A DNA stretch of 64,000 nucleotides from Octopus bimaculoides. Taxonomy: Eukaryota. Position 1 is the first letter of the stretch; each line of letters opens with the position of its first letter. A model generated the notes under the pieces. The model had not been told where the DNA came from, searched no databases, and saw only the letters and a list, made by a program, of their open reading frames with translations. The position numbers and the translations under genes were made by a program. The DNA lies in the NCBI RefSeq assembly GCF_001194135.2, contig NC_068998.1, positions 46,244,607 to 46,308,606 on the forward strand. The letters are read 5' to 3'. Below, piece after piece: positions 41,401-54,426 of this stretch.

Positions 41401-41581
41401 CTTGGAACATAAATACATACATACGTTCATAAATATGTACATGCTTACATATATACATACATAAAAACAGGCATAAATTGAAACAAAAATACAAATATAT
41501 AATCATACATACATACAGATAAATACATATATGCTTATATATACATCCATATTCATCCATACGCACATATGCATACATAAA

Positions 41582-41631
<50 letters not shown>

Positions 41632-44600
41632 GACACAGACACATAATTATGTATACATTTATACAATCTATTTATGCCTCAAGACGACATGTTGTATTCC
41701 AGTAATTACTATCTGAACGTCAATGCTGCGCCATTACAAGAAAGGATTCGTGTCATATTCTTTGTTTGTGTGATGGATATTGGATAGGCCAATAGGCCAA
41801 TAGGATGGCGAAGTTCAGCCGTTTAGCTATCTCTGATGGTCAACGATGAAACACAGGTGCAGCTAGGTGTGATTACCATTACAACTTGCAGAGATCCAAC
41901 CAGTCAGATAGTCTTGCTTCATTATATTAATGACATTGAATTTTGATAAGCAGCCACTCACTTCTACCATTGGCAGTTTGGAAATGGAAGTTCAGCTAAC
42001 ATTTTCTTATGTGTTCTTTCCTGCCTAAGGAAGTCTAATTTGTAGGGAAAGATGGTTGCTCTTTCTAGTACTTCGAGTGACCACGAACACATTTTCTTGT
42101 TGACTCGTGTGTAACTGCATTTGTGTATTTTGGAGTTAATCACTACATCGAGTTACGCCCCTTTTCCCCAGAGCAATAAAACCTAAAAAGCATTCCATAA
42201 TAAAGTTACAGACTGAAGAAATATCGGATTCAATTAAACCCTTGAATACATTCACCCAACATGGCCTCAGTTCAATGACTGAACCCGAGAAAAGAATAAA
42301 ATACATACTCAAAGACTTACCCTTTACCAATTTTGGAATAATCTTTGACAGAAGCTTTTGAGATTTCTGTTTCTGGATACAGTAATTTAGACAGAGCTAG
42401 TGCAGCGGGAGCAGACATTACTGAGGCGGAGAGGAGATGCTGTGGTTTAGCCTGGTCGAATAAATATATAATATCAGTATATACAATATGCTATGTGACA
42501 TTGAATATATACATTTTTGTGAGTAAGACTTTAGCATTCGAAGCTGTTGAATTTGATATACACATACATATATGAACAATGCACTGCTACAATGCTGGCT
42601 CATGACCAATGGTTTTCACAATGTTTGACGAAGGAAATTGTCGATCAATGCATAGTGTAGACACACAACAACTTGAAAGCCTATTTGAGAATGACATCAA
42701 ACTCATTTAAATTAGGCTACAACTCCCACATCTTCACACTCTGAAACTGTAGCCAACCTTACTAGCTGCACATATTAAAAAGTTGGAAAAAAATAAATCA
42801 ATCCTTCCATCGAATTTGGAAAAGCTAGAAGGAAAACAAGTCGTTCACAGGCGACGAGAAAGCATGCAACATCTCACAAAAAAATGTTGAAAGTGTATTT
42901 GCCAAGATTTCTGTCCTAAAAAAAATATTCCGAATGCTTTTTCAACATGCATGTCCAGGATTTTAATTATATACAAAATCTCTAAATCCATGAACTATCG
43001 AGATCCATAAATAATGTCTAATATACTCGTATCTTTATCTAAAACCTATCATTCTCTTATTCCTTCAATCTACTTATGCTCTTTGATTTATCATTTATCT
43101 TTTACTTGTTTCTGCCTTTGGACTGTGGCCATGCTGAGGCATCGGACTTGAAGGTTTTAGTCAAACAAATAGACACCAGTACTTATTTTTTAAACTAGGT
43201 TCTTTATCAAGCCTGAAAAGATGATAGACAAAAGGAATCTTGGTGGGGTTTGAAAATAAAGTACCTAGTGTCTGGTAGCCGTATGTTGTCATCCTAAATT
43301 TAGTGGCTGAATCCGTTTACAGAATTTAAGAAGGTATTTTTCGATGTGACGATATTTCGTGAAAAATCGGATTTAATATTTAGGTAATACATGAACATCT
43401 TTGTTTTGTTGATTGAATTTCCTTCAAATTACATCATACTATCTTCAGAAAGACAAAGTAGATAATATTGTGATAGATTTGCATTATATAAGGAGACGGA
43501 ATGGTCAAAACTGAAACATCTTCCATCATAAAGCAGGTGAACCATGGCTGATCAAGTATAATCAACGACACCAAAGTCACTCAACTTACTAGAAATAAGA
43601 GTCAAATTTCCTCACAGCGAGATTGAAGAGGCACTTAAAGAAGTAAGGGTACATTTTTCAATGAAGCCTGAGATATACAAAACGCCAGAATGCTTGTGGC
43701 TGAAACACTTTAATCACAGGCCTAATGGATGAGGACATCGGATCGAGCCGAGGTGGGGGCTACACGATGATAGTGTTGGCACTCCATCGCTTACGACGTC
43801 AAGGGTTCCAGTTGATCCGATCAACGGAACAGCCTGCTCGTGAAATTAACGTGCAAGTGGCTGAGCACTCCACAGACACGTGTACCCCTAACGTAGTTCT
43901 CGGGGATATTCAGCGTGACACAGTGTGACAAGGCCGACCCTTTGAATTACAAGCACAACAGAAACAGGAAGAAAGAGTGAGAGANNNNNNNNNNNNNNNN
44001 NNNNNNNNNNNNNNNNNNNNNNNNNNNNNNNNNNNNNNNNNNNNNNNNNNNNNNNNNNNNNNNNNNAAAGAAATAAAGGCTGAAAAACGTACCCCAAAGT
44101 TAGCATAGAATCCCAGTAGTGAGCCGGAAATGGTGGCAAATCCTCCGGTCATGACAGCATGGAGTTCTGAGCCAGTCATTTCATTTAGAAATGGTTTGAC
44201 GAGTAGTGGAGACTCTGTCTGAGGATAGAGAGAGAGAAAGAGAGAATGCAGTGGGAGTAGAGAATGTAAAGTGGTGTCTTTTACAGTGGGAGGTGAAAAG
44301 AGAGGGATGAGAGAGGGGGTACAGAAGGGAGAGAAGAAGGAGGTATGTGTGTATGTATGTGTGTAAGGAGGAGGAAGAGCAGGGTTTTGGGTTAGTTTTA
44401 GGGATTAGGGTTCAGGTTAAGTTTAGAATTTAGGGTTAAAGTTAAGTTTTAGAGTAAGGGTTTAGGGATTAGGGTTAGGTTTTAGGGTTAGGTTTATGAT
44501 TGAAGATTAGACTGCTCGCTGAAGTGTAAATGGTCACACAGACCAAACGTTAAAGTGACACCAAAAAGTCAAATCGATGTACAAATGACTTGAATATTTA

Positions 44601-46461
44601 ACAGGTTACCGGCAGAGAACAAAGTTGTTCAGTTTTAGAGGACTCAGCAGAGTTAGATAGTCATAGAATAAACTAAATACTCACCATTCCAACAAAGATA
44701 TTACTTGCTGCTGTGATAGATTCGGCAGGAGTGGTATCCATACAGAAAGATATCGCTCGGCCTATGATTAAGACGACAGCTTGCATAACTCCCAGGTAAT
44801 ACAGCATCGACATAATTGAACTGAAGAATACTACGGTCGGGAATATCTGAAACAGCAGACAATATTACATGTGTGGCGAGTGTATGTGTGTGTTTATGTG
44901 TATACATACACATCATTTAATAAGCACAGGATTTAAACGTGAGCCACTATGAGTTTTATGCTCTGATAGTACAGTACTCGGACAATTTCTTTAATTGTTT
45001 TAGGTGGCAACGAAGTCAACGAGCAGACATTGAGATCCCTTCTATTGCCCCACCTCGACCCAGCAGAATATCCAGGACGTAAGAGCTGGAAGGGGACAGA
45101 TTTGCGCCAACAACGGGCTGGCGCTCATTCCATAAATGCATTGTGTGGTGCAGTGTGAAATGAAGTGCCTTGCTCAAGGACACACACAACGCGCTGTCTA
45201 CTCAAAGGATTGAACCAATGACCTTATGATTGTGAAATTAACACTCTAACCACTCAGCCACTTAGATTTACTACATACATACGTACATATATACATACAT
45301 ACATATATACATACATATACATACAAATATACACATATATGATACATTCATAAATACATATAAACACACATATATCCCATAAAATACACACATATAAATA
45401 CATACACACACATACATACATACATGCATACATACATACATACATACATACATACATACATACATGCATACATGCTATCCAGGATCCGTGTAAAGTGTTG
45501 TCTGCATNNNNNNNNNNNNNNNNNNNNNNNNNNNNNNNNNNNNNNNNNNNNNNNNNNNNNNNNNNNNNNNNNNNNNNNNNNNNNNNNNNNNNNNNNNNNN
45601 NNNNNNNNNNNNNNNNNNNNNNNNNNNNNNNNNNNNNNNNNNNNNNNNNNNNNNNNNNNNNNNNNNNNNNNNNNNNNNNNNNNNNNNNNNNNNNNNNNNN
45701 NNNNNNNNNNNNNNNNNNNNNNNNNNNNNNNNNNNNNNNNNNNNNNNNNNNNNNNNNNNNNNNNNNNNNNNNNNNNNNNNNNNNNNNNNNNNNNNNNNNN
45801 NNNNNNNNNNNNNNNNNNNNNNNNNNNNNNNNNNNNNNNNNNNNNNNNNNNNNNNNNNNNNNNNNNNNNNNNNNNNNNNNNNNNNNNNNAATGTGAGTAT
45901 ATGTACATTTCTAAATAAGAATAGAGAATTATACATTTTCAGAAACTATTTTTATTACAATATTATATACAATACATTTACTTTAAAATCTCAGTCCGAC
46001 ACGTTTTTCTGCTGCATAAATGTCCTAAAATGCGGCTTCCAGTTGCATTCTGTTGGTTCATCCAAAGTATACGCACCAGTATAGCTTTTTCCAAGGTAGT
46101 ATCCTTATGGTTGCGTATACCCCGGATGCAACTGGAATACACTTCTTAGGGCATCTATGCAGCAGTAACACGTGTCGAACGGAGAGATGAATGTATTGTA
46201 TATAATACTGTAATAAACAGGTTTTTGAGGATGTATAATTCTCTATTCTTATTTATAGTACGTTGAATATACACTCTGTATACTGTATAAAATCCAAAGA
46301 AGCAAACTCAAGATTTATCCATCGGGTGAAATACTGTGCAATTGTTTACCTTAAACAATTTTCCGTTGTTCCATATCTTTCGATGTGGTTGGCCAGAACC
46401 TGGATTATAACAGAGTACTTGTAAGGTACCTACCCGAATACAAAATCCCTTACACCTTTAC

Positions 46462-46503
<42 letters not shown>

Positions 46504-46900
46504 NNNNNNNNNNNNNNNNNNNNNNNNNNNNNNNNNNNNNNNNNNNNNNNNNNNNNNNNNNNNNNNNNNNNNNNNNNNNNNNNNNNNNNNNNNNNNNNNN
46601 NNNNNNNNNNNNNNNNNNNNNNNNNNNNNNNNNNNNNNNNNNNNNNNNNNNNNNNNNNNNNNNNNNNNNNNNNNNNNNNNNNNNNNNNNNNNNNNNNNNN
46701 NNNNNNNNNNNNNNNNNNNNNNNNNNNNNNNNNNNNNNNNNNNNNNNNNNNNNNNNNNNNNNNNNNNNNNNNNNNNNNNNNNNNNNNNNNNNNNNNNNNN
46801 NNNNNNNNNNNNNNNNNNNNNNNNNNNNNNNNNNNNNNNNNNNNNNNNNNNNNNNNNNNNNNNNNNNNNNNNNNNNNNNNNNNNNNNNNNNNNNNNNNNN

Positions 46901-46937
<37 letters not shown>

Positions 46938-48383
46938 CAAATAATAAATGAGTATATGCATATATACGTGCATGTATGTACATACCTACATCTATCTGTG
47001 TATATAAATGTATATCTTGGTACAGGACGTAGCAAAAAAAAAGCGTGGAGAAAAGTATAAACGACACACACACATATATATACACGCATATATATATATA
47101 TATATATATATATGGGGGGATGTACATGTATATATTTACATTACGTGTGTGTGTATTCGTGTACGTGTGTGTATGTTTACGCAAATGTAGCCAGAAGCAT
47201 ATACACAATCGATTAACAGCTCAGGCCCTACGACGACGACGAACACCACCACCACTGTGCACGTTACAACCATCGTCTCTACAACAACAACAACAATTAT
47301 CTACACACTTACCTTAAACGCCATCAGATGATCTTCGAAACTTGCTCCAAACACGAATTTTGCTCCCTCATCACTGTGGGTGAGGAAATCGGAGACCTGG
47401 TCCCCTAAAAACTCGAACGCATTGTAGCCAGCCTGGGTTCGAATGATTATAATGGCCATGATCAGCTGAATCATTAGACCCCAGAACACTGTGTGCCACT
47501 TGACCTACAGAAATAGAGAACAACGTCATCATCATCGTCATCATCATCATCGTCATCATCATCATCATCGTCGTCATCGTCAGAGTTGCCGCCGTCGTCA
47601 TCTTTGTCGTCATTATCGTAATCTTATCATCACTCCCATCCCCACCCCTTTCACCGTTGTCATGATCATGATGATCATCATCAGTAGCAGCAGCAGCACC
47701 ATCAGAATCATGTTCTTTCCCCTCCTCCTCTTCCTCCTCCACCTCGTTATTGCACTCACCGTTACCATCGTGTTTATCATCATCATCACCACCATCGTCG
47801 TCATCATCATCGTCATCACTATTATATCACAACCACCAGTACCATCACCGCCGTCGCAGTCGTCCTCATCACCCACCCACCCATCCTCCACTGCCAGCGT
47901 CATCATCATCATCATCGTCGTCGTCGTCAGCAGCAGCAGCATCAGAGCCATCTCCTTCTTTTTACCCCCTCCTCTTCGTTATTGCTCATCATCATGTTTA
48001 TCACATTTATCATCATCATCACAACCACCACCACCACCACCACAAGCATGACCAGCATCCTCGTCGACGTCGTTGTCGTCGTCATCACCATCATCGTTGT
48101 GACTGATCTTGGCAGAGTCAGAAAAATTGTCTTGGCTTTTTAACGAACGCCGTCTCCACTCACTGCTCCGTTCTCTCTCTGTCTCTCTCTCTCCCTCCCT
48201 CTCCCTCTCTCTCTTACTTTCTCTTTCTCTCTCTCTGACTTCCTCTCTGTCGCTTTGCCACTTCTTTGACGTTAGCGTGACGCACACGACAGGTACGTAC
48301 AAAACCAAAAAGTTATTAATATTACTGTTAATGATAATGATAACAGAAACAACAACGACAACAACAACAACAACAACAACAAC

Positions 48384-48416
<33 letters not shown>

Positions 48417-48673
48417 CTTTTCTCCTCTAGACACAAAGCCCGAAATTTTTGGCGAGGGAGCCAGTCGATTAGGTTGACCCCCAGTACGCAACGGGTACTT
48501 AATTTATCGACCCAGGAAGAATGAAAGGCAAAGTCGACCTCGGCGGAATTTGAACTCAGAACGTAAAGACAGACAAAATACCGCTAAGCATTTCGCCCGG
48601 CGTGTTAACGATTTTGCTAGTTCGCCGCCTGCATGATAATAATAAATAATAATAATAACAATAATAATAATAA

Positions 48674-48704
<31 letters not shown>

Positions 48705-48869
48705 AACCTACCTTTTTCCGCTCGATTGAGAATATGTAGAAAACAAGCACGTAAAACGCAAGACCTGCTAATGATACGAGATTGTTCGGTTGTTTCATGG
48801 CCACTTCCACGATAACCCATATCACCACAGCCAGAGCCAACGCTATCATAAACCTGCCAACGGGACAAG

Positions 48870-48963
<94 letters not shown>

Positions 48964-51900
48964 TGTATGTATGTATGTATGTATGTATGTGTGTGCGTGT
49001 TTGGGTATATATATATATGTGTGTGTGTATATATATATCTATATCTATATATATATATACACACACACATATATATATATATACATACACACATATATAT
49101 ATACACACATACACATATATATACACACATGCACACGTAACACATATACATACATATATGTATATAACATAATACAATAAGGATCTTTTTTAAAACGGGG
49201 GCCACATTTTTCATTAACGAAACACTTTGAAACTTTAAAAAAAAAAAGAAATCCATAAGTTATTCGATGTGAAAGTTGTCGTATTTCTGTAATTTCAACC
49301 AATCACTGACGTCCATTCAGCCGATATACATTAAGTGCCGACTNNNNNNNNNNNNNNNNNNNNNNNNNNNNNNNNNNNNNNNNNNNNNNNNNNNNNNNNN
49401 NNNNNNNNNNNNNNNNNNNNNNNNNNNNNNNNNNNNNNNNNNNNNNNNNNNNNNNNNNNNNNNNNNNNNNNNNNNNNNNNNNNNNNNNNNNNNNNNNNNN
49501 NNNNNNNNNNNNNNNNNNNNNNNNNNNNNNNNNNNNNNNNNNNNNNNNNNNNNNNNNNNNNNNNNNNNNNNNNNNNNNNNNNNNNNNNNNNNNNNNNNNN
49601 NNNNNNNNNNNNNNNNNNNNNNNNNNNNNNNNNNNNNNNNNNNNNNNNNNNNNNNNNNNNNNNNNNNNNNNNNNNNNNNNNNNNNNNNNNNNNNNNNNNN
49701 NNNNNNNNNNNNNNNNNNNNNNNNNNNNNNNNNNNNNNNNNNNNNNNNNNNNNNNNNNNNNNNNNNNNNNNNNNNNNNNNNNNNNNNNNNNNNNNNNNNN
49801 NNNNNNNNNNNNNNNNNNNNNNNNNNNNNNNNNNNNNNNNNNNNNNNNNNNNNNNNNNNNNNNNNNNNNNNNNNNNNNNNNNNNNNNNNNNNNNNNNNNN
49901 NNNNNNNNNNNNNNNNNNNNNNNNNNNNNNNNNNNNNNNNNNNNNNNNNNNNNNNNNNNNNNNNNNNNNNNNNNNNNNNNNNNNNNNNNNNNNNNNNNNN
50001 NNNNNNNNNNNNNNNNNNNNNNNNNNNNNNNNNNNNNNNNNNNNNNNNNNNNNNNNNNNNNNNNNNNNNNNNNNNNNNNNNNNNNNNNNNNNNNNNNNNN
50101 NNNNNNNNNNNNNNNNNNNNNNNTTCTATAACACAAAATAGATAAGTATACGAAGTTTGAAAGTCTTTCAGTACCAAAAACACTACGTAAAACATTAATG
50201 AAAAATGTGGCCCCCGTTTTAAAATAGATCCTACAATAATAACGATCATACTATCATTAATAATGATAATAATAATAATAATAATAACAACAACAATAAT
50301 GATAATGATATCAACAATAACAACAAGAATAATGGCCTCTCTCTATATAATATAGGACGTGTTATGCAAAAGAGTTACAGAATACAAGGAGGGATGCATA
50401 TGGAGGAGAAGTCGCTTATTGTAATCACGGATAATGTTATTAAATGGTTATTGTTATCAAAGTTAGTGGATCCGAAATACCCTTAGGATATTGTTATATC
50501 CTCTGCTCAATTTTATCCGCCAGTTACTGTCATGTGAATATGAGGGCGCGTGGTCTAGTGGCCAGGGTGTTCGGCTTACGATCGCAACGTAGTGAGTTTA
50601 CTTCTCGCCGACGCGTTGCGTCCTTGAGCAAGACATTTTTATTTCAGGTTGCTCCGATCCACTCACCTGGCCAAAATGAGTAGCGCCTGTATTTCAAAGG
50701 ACCAGCTTTGTCACCCTCTGTATCACGCTGAAACTCCCTGAGAACTGCGTTAAGTGTACGCGTGTCTGTGGAATGCTCAGCCACTTGCACGTTAACTTTA
50801 CGAGCAGGCTGTTCCGTTGATCAGATCAACTGGAACCTTCGTCGTCGTAACCGACGGAGTGCCAGTTATATGTTATATGTTATATACTGTCATGTGAAAG
50901 GCTTTGTTCCAAACATTGGCCACAATAAACGTCTTCTACCGCATATTTATATATATATAATGTAAATAATATATATATATATATATANNNNNNNNNNNNN
51001 NNNNNNNNNNNNNNNNNNNNNNNNNNNNNNNNNNNNNNNNNNNNNNNNNNNNNNNNNNNNNNNNNNNNNNNNNNNNNNNNNNNNNNNNNNNNNNNNNNNN
51101 NNNNNNNNNNNNNNNNNNNNNNNNNNNNNNNNNNNNNNNNNNNNNNNNNNNNNNNNNNNNNNNNNNNNNNNNNNNNNNNNNNNNNNNNNNNNNNNNNNNN
51201 NNNNNNNNNNNNNNNNNNNNNNNNNNNNNNNNNNNNNNNNNNNNNNNNNNNNNNNNNNNNNNNNNNNNNNNNNNNNNNNNNNNNACATACTTACATAGAT
51301 ATCTATATACACATGCAAATATGGGTACAGGATATCAAAAAACGTAAACAACATGAAAAACGGGAACATGAATTACAACAATATGGAAAACGAACTTTTT
51401 TTGCGAACAACGAAAGAAACAAATAGAAAAAGAAGGCAGGCAACATAAAGAACAATCCCTTCATCAGTTGTCCACTGTTTTAGCTTCTCCGCATTTCGAG
51501 CACAAGGACAATATGTGTCTTTGTCAAAACAGTTGCTCCCGCAAGGCAAATTAAATAAAATTTGGGATTTGAGGAGGGTTAAAGTTGGTAACAAACACAG
51601 GACAGTGAAAACAAACGGTAAGGGCTGTTAAGCCATAACGAGGTGAAGTGGTGAACGCTGGAGAAATAAGCTTTGACAGGGGACAGACAAAAATACGTGC
51701 TATCCCTGTAGCTGAAGGAGAAGAAAGAAAGATGCCGCTGGTCCCGTGTGAGCAACGAGAGAGTCATGGAGGAAGAGAGAGGGACAGATAGAGAGCGGTG
51801 AAAGAGGGAGGGAAATAATTAGAGAAAGAATGGGAGAGAAAAAAGGGGAGATAAAAAGAATATAAAAAGTATATAAAGAAGAAGAGAGAGACAAAGAGAG

Positions 51901-51979
51901 ATAGTGACAGAATAGTGTCGCATCAGAATTATTAAGCTAAAACGTACTTGGAAATGGATGCGTGGTGTTCAATCATATA

Positions 51980-52014
<35 letters not shown>

Positions 52015-54392
52015 CGTGTGCGCGTGCATATATACATACATACGTGTACATATTTACAAATATATATATACATATATATACACACACACATGCATATATG
52101 GGTACAGGACGTCAAAAGACGTAAACATGAAAAAGGGGAACACGAATTACAAGATTGAAAACGAACTTTTTTTTACGAACAACGAAATATATGAGTGGGG
52201 GGGGGGCAAAAACTTAATACAACAAATTGAAACAGATAAAATATTTAGTAAAATAAACAAAACAAAAAAAAAGGATAGTTTACCCGTATAAGGGTAGTCT
52301 ACTTTTACAAGGGTGGCAAGACGTCACCTAGATAGAATTCGAGCAAGCTAAAGATCATCTTCTGTTCGAATTACCTGGAAACCAGAACTTCCGAAATTGC
52401 AGACGAGCACTCCTTGTGGGGTGTTTTCTTAATCGTCGATAGATTGCTGATGCGGGGTTTTTTTTTCAACATTTTACCATTTTGGAGACTTAGTGTATTC
52501 CTCTCCTTTTCACCACCTCCTCATCAAATACTACAAAACCCTTTCATTACTTCAAGTTATTCAGCAGTTCATTTAGTCTCTCGTTGTTAATGAAGCTACA
52601 ATGAGATTCATGACCTCCAGACCATAAGGTAACAATTAACAGAAGATTTGTCTTCTTTGGCTAATTCTTTGCCGATTTCTATTAATCAGAAGACTGCAAA
52701 ATTCATGCCTATCAAACCGTGAGGCAATAATTAACAAGGGATTTGTCTTTAATCTGATCTAATTACAACCTCCACTCTGTCTATTATTATTATTTTAAAA
52801 ACTTTTCCAGACGATTTCCAAAATTTCTCATAGAAAATTTTGGGCGGAATTGTAACCTCTCACCAGTTCTGTGTTGAAGGAGGAGACTCCCTACGTTGTC
52901 AGTCCATAGTCCCAATGGTAATTAAGATGAAGTGATTTCGTTTTTGTCTGAAACCGCTCTGGCGGTATTCAGAGCAGGAACATGTACTGCAGCACCAGCT
53001 TCTGAATAGGTTCGGGGAACACTGTCTCGCTTGTTTTTTGGTTCGATCCCTTAGTTTACAGACCAGCGTCACGTTTCTATATTCTTTTCCTCAGCCGATG
53101 AACACACCTTTTACATATCGGCTACGACTTCCACCATCTTCTTCAATCAACGGCAGATGAAAGCATTCGCAAGAAAAGATATCTCCTTTTCTTTGATCTA
53201 ATATATCTTAGCGACAGAAGCAGTAATATTACCGAGAGGTAATATTTATTCCGACTAAATTATATATCTTTTAACAAGTTCACTGGCTAATCGTGACACC
53301 AGTGCCTGTTCACGCACTGAATTTCTACATATAACTAGCGAAGGGACGAGTCGCTGCTATTTCTAGCGGTCGAGCGTCCATCACAGATGAGACTAAGAAA
53401 AGGTCGAAATCACGTGATCTAGTGGTCTCGGCGCTCGAGTTGGTGGGGATTTATCTCCCACACTAGCGATATATATACAAGCGTGCATTCTGCACCAAAA
53501 GCCTATATGGGATTTTCTCTCATGGTATCTACCGCAAAAAGTTTGTTCTAACAGAACATCCGCGTTTAAGGGAGAATAAATATTACCTTTTTCTCTCTCT
53601 TGGATAAATTTCTCGAGCAAGAAAGTATTACATTTCCCGGTTTTACCTTAGTTACACTTACATCTTTTCATTGATTTCGCTCATTTCAACGAGTTTCCAT
53701 CAAAAACACAATGTATGAGGGATTGCAGTGGAATTGGATCTTTAGCATTTGGTACACGCCCCTATCAACCTCAATGTGCCACCAGCCATCATAACCTCCA
53801 ACTGGCTACTCGTTATTCCTATCCACCACTCGTCCTTATCATGGCCGCTATCTCTCCTTCACAAACACATCAATAAGCCTACATATACCAAGTCACTCTT
53901 CCCTTACTCCCTCCCATCATTGTCTCTCTTTCATTACACCCGCTAACGCTATCTCCTTTGTTAATTTCCTTCTTTATCTTCCACTCACCTCAATCACTCC
54001 ATTTATTCAATTACACACTCATGGTTTTCACCCTCTCACCCTAGTCTAACTTCTATCATCACCTACTATTTCACTATTACACCTTCTAATCACAATAAAA
54101 TGCATCTAATATATTGGTTAGATCGCGAGCATAGACAACGTGGGGATGAAAGGACATTCGCACTTGCCCGCTACTGTTTTATGTTATTATAATCTTTGTG
54201 TTTACGTGTCGTAAATAGCTTTCTTACTATTGACTCTCGTGCGTTGAATAATACTGTAAGAATGCGTCAAAATTGCAATGATATCCAATGAAAAGCTCAC
54301 AAACAGATTTTACATTTACATCCGTTTGCATTTCGTTATTTGTTCTCTATATTTAATTTCGCTTTCTCCTACATCTTCTCATCTATTGTGCA

Positions 54393-54426
<34 letters not shown>

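Noticed and set aside
44995-45160. Plus-strand acceptor-like site followed by an open frame ([14 protein letters not shown]...)
   Set aside because: Runs into a SINE remnant and a stop; no partner exons, so no antisense gene is supported.
47491-48106. His/Ser/Ile-rich ORFs; similar tract at about 55480-55940
   Set aside because: Mosaic trinucleotide repeats inside SLC28 introns.
51290-51600. Repeat (partly duplicated at 52090-52190) with minus-strand CTGATGA and CGAAA
   Set aside because: Possibly a Penelope-type terminal repeat, but I could not close stems I and III, so no ribozyme is called.
52915-52985. GAAACCGC-TCTG-GCGGTA stem III-like hairpin; similar partial hits near 1935, 18240, 31240 and 62710
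   Set aside because: Core CTGAnGA or stems I/II are missing; consistent with chance.
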